A stretch of DNA of 64,000 nt, from the NCBI GenBank assembly GCA_902470765.1, contig CABRHW010000009.1, positions 259 to 64,258 on the forward strand, written 5' to 3'. Below, in pieces: positions 57,337 to 64,000 of the stretch. Origin of the DNA: an uncultured Collinsella sp. (lineage in GTDB: Bacteria > Actinomycetota > Coriobacteriia > Coriobacteriales > Coriobacteriaceae). The position numbers and the translations under genes were made by a program. The notes under the pieces are model-generated. The model worked only from the letters and a program-made list of their open reading frames with translations. It had not been told where the DNA came from and ran no database searches. Position 1 is the stretch's first letter, and each line of letters begins with the position of its first letter.

Positions 57337-59244
57337 CTAGAGCTCCTTTTGCAGATAAAGGCCATGGTCATAAAATCCAAGATGGCGATAGTACTCGCGT
57401 GTGCCAATCGCGCTAATCACGTTGATACGCGCATAACCCGCATCCCGGGCAATCTCGCACGCACGCTCTACGAGCAAACGCCCCAACCCGTGATGCTGCG
57501 CCGCCTGGCCCTGGTCGCCCACGCGCGCCGCCATGCCATACACGTGCACCTCGCGAATCATCGCCTCGTCCGGCGTCGTCGGCAACTCGTCCGCATGTGC
57601 GGCAACAAACGAATGGTCGGGCAGCGACAACCGCAAAAAGCCCGCGATCTTGCCCCGCGGCGTCACCCACTGCAAAAAGCGCTCGTGAGTCACCGGCGTC
57701 TCGTACGCCACTTCCTCATCAAGAGAAAGCTCATCCAAGTCGGCACCCGCGGTACTGATCTCGCGATAGCGAATCTCGCGCACCACTGTGCCTTCTCCAC
57801 GAGCCGCCAAGCGATTCTCGACGAGCTGACGCAGGTTGGGCTTCTTGTTGCCCACCATGATGTCATCGGAGCTAAAGTCGCGGATCATGCGACTGATGCG
57901 GCAGAACGCCGGCGTCACCACGATGTCATCGGCCAGTACATCGAGCAGCTCTTCCTCGGTATAGGGGCGCCACTCGCCACGTTCATAGCAACCCACCAGA
58001 CGCGAGCCCTCGATGAGCGCACACGGGTAGACCTTGACCTCGTCGGGCATAAAGGCCCCCTCGGTCATAAAGCACTCGTAGTCGCGCTTGTCCCCCTCGG
58101 GCGTGGCGCCCAGCAAGTTAAGCATAAAATGCGCGTGGATCTTAAAGCCAAACAGGCGCGCAAGCGAAAACGCCCGCTCGATCTGCGCCACCGAAATGCG
58201 ACGCTCGTTGATATCGAGCAGGTGCTGGTCGAGACTCTGGACACCCATCTGGATCTTGGTGCAGCCCAGGCGGCGGATAAGCGTGAGGGCCTGCGGCGTT
58301 ACAGCATCGGGGCGCGTCTCGATAACGAGCCCCACCACGCGATGCTTCGCCGTCTCGTTGATGCGTTGCTGTCGTTCAAGCTCCTCCATCGTTGCCGTCT
58401 GCCACTCGGCAACCGCGCCCCAGGGTGTACCAGAGCCGTACAGGCGATGAACCGCGCGGTTATAGCCGCCCACGGCAGCATCCACACGCCCTTGCTCGCC
58501 GGCAACGCCGGCGGCAAGCTCGGCCTCATCGGTCGCAATTCCGGCGGCCCGATAGCGCTCGCGGCGCTCCGCTGCCACCGGCGGCAGGGCATCGGCGGGC
58601 GCGTCATCGAGCAGGCGCCCCGCCTCGGCACGACTGATGCCTGGACGCGCCAGCATGGGATTAGCCGCTACACCAGCCACGGCATCGTCATTGAGCGCAC
58701 GGAAAAGCTCCGACATAAACCACGTTTGATACCCTTGCGGATAGTCGCTCCAGGTGCCACCGAGCACAATGAGCTCTATCTTGTCGGTCGCATGCCCCAT
58801 CTGCGAAAGCGCCGTCAAACGGGCACTCACCTGCAGATACGGGTCAAAGCAATTTTGCTCCGCACGGGCACACGCCGGCTCGGCGTGCAGATAGCTCTTG
58901 GGCATGCGCAGATCGTTGGGGCAAAACAGGCAATCGCCCGAGCACGGCCACGGCTTGGTAATGACGGTAATGGTCGCCACGCCCGAGGCCGTTCGGCGCG
59001 GCTTCATACGCAGCACCTGCAGCAGTTGACGTTCCAGATCGGAATCGACATGCCACGCAGCCCACCGAGCCGGCTCCTCACGTTTAACCCGCTGGTAGAA
59101 CGGCAGCAGACGGCGCTTGGCCAAATCGCGTTTGTCGGCACCCACGCGGCGCGCCTCGGCATGTATCAATTTGACGAGCGCTTTGTCGTCCACGGTCTCG
59201 CCGCGACGCAGGGCCTCGAGTATGTTCAAGATAATCTGTTCCAT
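57337..59244 (-). CDS. elp3: Elp3-family radical SAM/GNAT tRNA U34 carboxymethyltransferase
   Basis: RTASGVA, CSGDCLFCP, MPKSY...EP, GH.TDKIE, GGT, IETRPD, MGVQS, KVYP, REIRYRE, FLRL, IREVHVYG, QHHGLG, VISAIGTREYY. Confidence 0.93.
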   Translation of the reverse strand: MEQIILNILEALRRGETVDDKALVKLIHAEARRVGADKRDLAKRRLLPFYQRVKREEPARWAAWHVDSDLERQLLQVLRMKPRRTASGVATITVITKPWPCSGDCLFCPNDLRMPKSYLHAEPACARAEQNCFDPYLQVSARLTALSQMGHATDKIELIVLGGTWSDYPQGYQTWFMSELFRALNDDAVAGVAANPMLARPGISRAEAGRLLDDAPADALPPVAAERRERYRAAGIATDEAELAAGVAGEQGRVDAAVGGYNRAVHRLYGSGTPWGAVAEWQTATMEELERQQRINETAKHRVVGLVIETRPDAVTPQALTLIRRLGCTKIQMGVQSLDQHLLDINERRISVAQIERAFSLARLFGFKIHAHFMLNLLGATPEGDKRDYECFMTEGAFMPDEVKVYPCALIEGSRLVGCYERGEWRPYTEEELLDVLADDIVVTPAFCRISRMIRDFSSDDIMVGNKKPNLRQLVENRLAARGEGTVVREIRYREISTAGADLDELSLDEEVAYETPVTHERFLQWVTPRGKIAGFLRLSLPDHSFVAAHADELPTTPDEAMIREVHVYGMAARVGDQGQAAQHHGLGRLLVERACEIARDAGYARINVISAIGTREYYRHLGFYDHGLYLQKEL

Positions 59245-59340
59245 GCCCCCATTGTAAAGGCAAAGGCGCCGAAGCCGACCACGACCCCGGCGCCTTCATC
59301 AAACAGCGCAGCTATATCTTCGCCTAGGCTTTCGTCTGCC

Positions 59341-60243
59341 TCAATACTCCGAATCAAACGACATGTCGCCCGAACCGACCTCAAAACGATACGTGGCAGA
59401 CTTGTCACCGTTATCGAATTCAAGATTCAAAATGGTCTCGCCGTCGTAGCCAAGCGGAAGGAAATCGCTCTCGAAGTCGCCGCTGCCCAAGGTGAGGCTC
59501 GCCTTAAAGCCCGTCGAGTTCGGAACCATCATCTCCACATCGCCCGAGCCCACGCTCACGTCCATCGACTTCGCGGGGGCCTGGTAGAGCTCGAACGTCA
59601 CATCGCCCGAACCGACCTCAGCACTGAGCGCATCAGTCACGCTGCCCGTAAACTCTACATCTCCCGCACCCAGGAAAAGGTCGAAACCATCACAGATGAC
59701 ACCGACAATCTGCAGATCACCCGAGCCCACGTGCGCGTTGACTCCCTTCAGATGTTCGGCAACACGGCGCGGCAGCTCGACCGTAACTGTGCGATCGATT
59801 GCCTTACCGTCATCACTTCCAAACTGAGAAACCTTGAGCGTCGAGTCCTCGACGGATGCGATGTTTTGCGTCGCGGCCTTGGAGGCATCCATACCCTTGG
59901 CAACGCGCCCCCGCTCGATAACGCGAGCCTTGTTGCCGTCAACAACCTTGACGTCCACCGACGCCGCATTGATATCGAAATCGAGGTAGCGGAACTCATC
60001 GGCATCAAAGGTCGCACTCGAAAGTTGCTGAGGCCGAGCGGAATAGCTGCCGCTATTCAAGGAATCGTCCTCGTCAAACATATCGTCAAAATCAGACAAA
60101 TGGCCAGATAGAATACCGGTCGTACGCACCATATCGGAATGAGCCAATAGCCGCGAAGTGCCAAAGACAAGCCCGATGATGAGCACAAACGCTCCGATGC
60201 CAACGCCCAAGCGTACCTTGGATTCATGCGAAAGCTTCATCAT
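59341..60243 (-). CDS. DUF4097 beta-strand repeat protein, membrane anchored
   Basis: N-terminal TM helix; repeated VGSGDV motifs. Confidence 0.8.
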   Translation of the reverse strand: MMKLSHESKVRLGVGIGAFVLIIGLVFGTSRLLAHSDMVRTTGILSGHLSDFDDMFDEDDSLNSGSYSARPQQLSSATFDADEFRYLDFDINAASVDVKVVDGNKARVIERGRVAKGMDASKAATQNIASVEDSTLKVSQFGSDDGKAIDRTVTVELPRRVAEHLKGVNAHVGSGDLQIVGVICDGFDLFLGAGDVEFTGSVTDALSAEVGSGDVTFELYQAPAKSMDVSVGSGDVEMMVPNSTGFKASLTLGSGDFESDFLPLGYDGETILNLEFDNGDKSATYRFEVGSGDMSFDSEY

Positions 60244-60956
60244 TCATCACCCTCTTTGGCGATCGGGTCAGCGGTAGTCACGGTAGCCACGTCAGTATCA
60301 ACCGGAGCGGAAACATCCTGAGCCCTAGCGACCACCGGCGCCGAACCAACCTGAATATCTCCGCGCGCCCAATCGCCATCGAGTGCACGCGCCACCCAGT
60401 GATAGATGGGAATCGTAAAGAAGATCAGCGCAGCAAAGGGGCCGGCACCAAACAGGAACATCAGCAAAAAGAACAGCAGCCAACACACGGCCCAATACGG
60501 GAACGACTGGAACGGGCCCTTCACCGGAGTCGAGCCAACTGCGCCGCCACTCGTCGCCTGCGCCGTAGCGGCATTAGCGGCCTGTGCACTCCAGCTTGCC
60601 GCTTGCGCCGCCTTGGCGGCGGCGTCACTCGCCTGTGTTGCCGCCTCGGTAGCTCGTGCCGCCGCCTCATGGGTGCGTGCGCGCTCTGCCGCCTCGGCCT
60701 CGCGCTGACGAGCGCGGTCCTCATTCTCAAACTCGATATCGTCCTCAATCTCATCGCTCGGATTGAGCAGCTCGTCCAGGCTCACGCCATAGAGCTTGGC
60801 GAGCGAGATCAGGTTCTCGGTATCGGGCGAGCTCTCCGCACGCTCCCATTTACTGACCGCCTGGCGCGACAGCCCTAGCTTTCGCGCCAGCCCTTCTTGG
60901 CTAAAACCCTTGCTGCGACGAAGGTCGGCGAGCCGCTGCGCAGTTTCTACATTCAT
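60240..60956 (-). CDS. XRE-family HTH transcriptional regulator with C-terminal TM helices
   Basis: SQEGLARKLGLSRQAVSKWERAESSPD...YGVSLDELL; two TM helices. Confidence 0.88.
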   Translation of the reverse strand: MNVETAQRLADLRRSKGFSQEGLARKLGLSRQAVSKWERAESSPDTENLISLAKLYGVSLDELLNPSDEIEDDIEFENEDRARQREAEAAERARTHEAAARATEAATQASDAAAKAAQAASWSAQAANAATAQATSGGAVGSTPVKGPFQSFPYWAVCWLLFFLLMFLFGAGPFAALIFFTIPIYHWVARALDGDWARGDIQVGSAPVVARAQDVSAPVDTDVATVTTADPIAKEGDE

Positions 60957-61223
60957 GGTTCCTCCTATGTGATGCCAGCCGTGCCGCCGGACCGTTTTTG
61001 TTCTTAAGGCGCCTTGCACAGTTAAAAATCTATCCGCCACCGCCAAAAGCATGCCACCTATTCTAGTGAGATTTTTGACAACCGGCGGTTGCGGGCACAT
61101 ATGAGCTGCGGAAATGTGTCCAAACAAAGCAATGACCCACGGCTCGGTTGTCCCCGTTGCGGCGTTAACGGTAGTATGGTCGTACTGTTTATTCCGCACC
61201 GCCAACGGAGGGAGTTCCGCGCC

Positions 61224-62096
61224 GTGAACCGCGATTTCGCCTCATCGCTCATCCAGCTCAACAATACGTTCTATCGCGAGCACTCCGCTTCCTTTTCCGA
61301 TACGCGCCAGGCCCCGTGGCCCGGCTGGGTGCGCACCATGGACATCGCGCTCGGGCAGCTCAACGCTGCCACGATCGAGCATCCCGTCCGCGTCTTCGAT
61401 CTTGCCTGCGGCAATATGCGATTCGAGAACTTTGCCGCCGGCGGCGCACTTGCCGCCAAGGGCGTCGACGGCGCAAACCCCTCGGCAGATGCCAGCTGCC
61501 CGTTTGAGTTCTATGGTGTCGACTCGTGCCAAGACCTGGCTATCGATGCACATGGCCACGCGCTTCGCATTCCCAACCTGCACTTCCAGGAACTCGACGT
61601 GCTCGACGCCCTCATGAAGCTCAACCCCGCCGAGACGCCCGACGTGCTTTTCGACGCCCCGCTCGCCGACATCTCGGTCTGCTTTGGCTTTATGCACCAC
61701 GTGCCGTCGTGCGAGTACCGCGTACGCGTACTCGACGCCTTGGTGCGGCAGACGCGCCCGGGCGGCATCATCGCCATCAGCTTTTGGGAGTTTATGAACG
61801 ACGAGCGCATGGCGCGCAAGGCCGTTCGAGCCGAAGCCCGCGCCGAGCTCACCCCGCCGTTTGAGGGTTACGATTCCGCGCAGTTTGAAGCCGGCGACCA
61901 CCTCATTGGCTGGCAAAACGACCGCCACGCCTACCGCTATTGCCATCACTTTGACGATCAGCAGATCACCGACCTGGTGCGCGGCGTCCGTACGTTCTAC
62001 AAAAGCGGCGAGGTCCCCGTGCGCGAGCTTGAGCGCTTCCATGCCGACGGTCGCAGCGGCGAGCTCAACCGCTATGTGATTCTCAAGCGTCTGTAG
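61224..62096 (+). CDS. Class I SAM methyltransferase, Trm9/ALKBH8-like
   Basis: FSDTRQAPWP, DLACGN, FGFMHHVP..RVRVL..RPGG..SFW, RYCHHF; GTG start with GGAGGGAG RBS. Confidence 0.75.
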   Translation: MNRDFASSLIQLNNTFYREHSASFSDTRQAPWPGWVRTMDIALGQLNAATIEHPVRVFDLACGNMRFENFAAGGALAAKGVDGANPSADASCPFEFYGVDSCQDLAIDAHGHALRIPNLHFQELDVLDALMKLNPAETPDVLFDAPLADISVCFGFMHHVPSCEYRVRVLDALVRQTRPGGIIAISFWEFMNDERMARKAVRAEARAELTPPFEGYDSAQFEAGDHLIGWQNDRHAYRYCHHFDDQQITDLVRGVRTFYKSGEVPVRELERFHADGRSGELNRYVILKRL

Positions 62097-62214
62097 GCAC
62101 CGACGACTCGCCGCCGAGCCGCACCGCATCTTTCGGGCAAACTATGCCCACCCTTTTTCAACCCATTGACGGAACGCACAGCTATGCGTTCCACACTTAT
62201 GACCAAGGAGCCTC

Positions 62215-63054
62215 ATGGGAGCCGTCCACGTTCGCACGCCTAAGAACTTTGTGCTCGAGGAGCGCCTGGAGCGCTACGCCGATGCGATTGAGACGAACCC
62301 CGAGGCCTATGCCGGAGATTGGCGCGAGGCCTGTGCGCCAGCTGGCAGCAAGCCCTTCGAACACCTTCACCTGGATCTTGGCTGTGGCAAGGGAACCTAT
62401 CTGGTCGAGCGCGCCCACCGCGAGCCCGACACCCTCTTTATCGGCATGGACCAGGAGCCCATCTGCATCGCCTATGCCGCGCAGAAAATCTGCAAACAGG
62501 GGCTATCCAACGCGCTCGTCCTGCCCCGAGGCGCCGCATCGCTGCCACAGCTGTTTGCCGCAGGCGAGCTCGATGCCATCACCATTAACTTTCCCACGCC
62601 GCAGCCCAAGGCCAAGTACGCTAAAAAACGACTCGTCCATGTCGACCATCTGATGCTCTACCGCCCGCTCTTTTCAGCCGGCGCTACCGTCACACTGCGC
62701 ACCGATAGCAAGCCGTTGCGCGATTACGCCCTGGGACAGTTTGCCGCGGCCGGCTACGATACGCTTTGGGTAAGCGACGACGTCCGCCGCGACCATCCCG
62801 AGCATCCCGAGACCGAGTACGAGCGCCGCACGCGCGAGATGGGTGCCGCCGTCTATGGCATTTGCGCCACACCTGGAGCGCAGCCCAGCGATGAACAGCT
62901 CGCGGCGGGCCGCGCGCAGGAGCAAAGCCTAGCCTACTACCTGCCCGATAACCTCGATGAGCTCGCCTATGTGCCTCTGGGCATGGAAGAGGCCGTCGAG
63001 AACTTTAGAAACCGTGCCCGCAAGGGCAAGAAGCGTCTACCGCAAGAGTCCTAG
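62215..63054 (+). CDS. trmB: tRNA (guanine-N7)-methyltransferase
   Basis: LDLGCGKG, INFPTPQPKAKYAKKRL, LRTD, ETEYERR. Confidence 0.85.
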   Translation: MGAVHVRTPKNFVLEERLERYADAIETNPEAYAGDWREACAPAGSKPFEHLHLDLGCGKGTYLVERAHREPDTLFIGMDQEPICIAYAAQKICKQGLSNALVLPRGAASLPQLFAAGELDAITINFPTPQPKAKYAKKRLVHVDHLMLYRPLFSAGATVTLRTDSKPLRDYALGQFAAAGYDTLWVSDDVRRDHPEHPETEYERRTREMGAAVYGICATPGAQPSDEQLAAGRAQEQSLAYYLPDNLDELAYVPLGMEEAVENFRNRARKGKKRLPQES

Positions 63055-63119
63055 GGGCTTCTGATGGTCGCGGCGTTGGCAAACAAGCGCAAATAGGCTC
63101 CAGCGAACGGCCCTCAAAC

Positions 63120-63242
63120 CTAAGTGAGTAGACTATTTTGCAATAGCCAAGCACAGCCCGCATAGCGAAACATAAAACCGCAGGTAGAACCCTTGCGCAA
63201 AAGCCATGTGCTCGCAATATCGCAAAAAGTCTACTCACTTAG
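63120..63242. repeat. 123-bp element with 15-bp perfect terminal inverted repeats (MITE-like)
   Basis: CTAAGTGAGTAGACT / AGTCTACTCACTTAG, with imperfect pairing extending inward. Confidence 0.7.
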
Positions 63243-63363
63243 CTAGCGACTACACTAAACGGCTTGGCAGAACGCCCATTTCCTGCATTTTCTCGCGCGC
63301 TGGCACCCCACGCCGCCGCTACGCCATAATAGTTGGCGGACAATCGCGAGAGAAAGCAACCAC

Positions 63364-64000
63364 ATGGCACAGACCACGACAGATACCGCCGCCAGCACCG
63401 TCTCCGGCGCCGGCGCTGCCAGCTCATTCTCGGGCGGCACGGGAACCGAGGCAGAGTTCGGTTCGCTCGGTGCGCTCTCCCCCACCTGGTGGGAGCCCGA
63501 GGACGGCAGCGAGCCCGAACCGTGGCTCACGCCCGATCAAGCCTTCGAACGTTTCTTTGAATGGACGAGCGACCGCGGCATTGAGCTGTGGGATCACCAA
63601 GAAGAGGCCCTCATGGACCTGGCTGCCGGCGATCACGTCATTTTAGGCACGCCGACCGGATCGGGTAAATCGCTTGTCGCGCTGGGCATGCTCTTTATGG
63701 GCATGGCGCAGGGCAAGCGCTGCTACTACACGGCTCCCATCAAGGCTCTGGTCAGCGAGAAGTTTTTCGACCTTGTGCAGGTGCTCGGCCGCGATAACGT
63801 AGGCATGATTACCGGCGACACGCATATCAACACCAAGGCACCCGTCATCTGCTGCACGGCAGAGATCCTTGCCAACGACGCACTGCGCGAGGGTGAAGAT
63901 GCCGACGTGGGCTGCGTGGCCATGGACGAGTTCCACTACTTTGCCGACCCCGACCGCGGTTGGGCCTGGCAGGTGCCGCTGCTCACCCTGCCCCACACGC
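63364..64000 (+). CDS. Ski2/HelY-like DEAD/DEAH helicase (truncated by the window end)
   Basis: Hand translation: MAQTTTD...HQEEAL..GTPTGSGKSL..TAPIKALVSEKF..CTAEIL..MDEFHY; absent from the ORF track. Confidence 0.9.
   Translation, partial: MAQTTTDTAASTVSGAGAASSFSGGTGTEAEFGSLGALSPTWWEPEDGSEPEPWLTPDQAFERFFEWTSDRGIELWDHQEEALMDLAAGDHVILGTPTGSGKSLVALGMLFMGMAQGKRCYYTAPIKALVSEKFFDLVQVLGRDNVGMITGDTHINTKAPVICCTAEILANDALREGEDADVGCVAMDEFHYFADPDRGWAWQVPLLTLPHT

Noticed and set aside
56962..60111. 1049-aa plus-strand ORF
   Set aside because: Antisense to elp3 and its neighbours, which have clear motifs; it has a shadow-ORF composition.

Overview
High-GC chromosomal window whose gene content looks like a gut Coriobacteriia actinobacterium (Collinsella-like; this is inference, no search was run). 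The housekeeping backbone comprises infC-rpmI-rplT, tRNA-Leu(CAA), fba, rel, a RecJ-helicase fusion, a liv ABC operon, hom, purL, kdgT, azlCD, etfAB with an FAD oxidoreductase, and trmB. Five parts stand out. (1) An ~8.3 kb integrated element at 11157-19435, bounded by exact 18-bp direct repeats, encodes a tyrosine integrase, an excisionase-like protein, a rolling-circle HUH Rep with a CTTG^ATA nick-like site, an FtsK/TcpA ATPase and secreted-protein cargo. (2) A tRNA-modification neighbourhood puts a bacterial Elp3 next to a Trm9/ALKBH8-like methyltransferase and trmB, a candidate eukaryote-type mcm5U34 pathway. (3) A TerB-N + BrxD-like ATPase + Lhr helicase operon has a LexA-box-like site in its promoter. 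(4) A WxL/Csc-like surface locus has a two-gene core that is echoed on the mobile element. (5) A BaiA-like 3alpha-HSDH gene is followed by an exact 62-bp-period inverted-repeat array, and several other long intergenic palindromes occur. All family assignments come from motif recognition and recollection, not from database searches.
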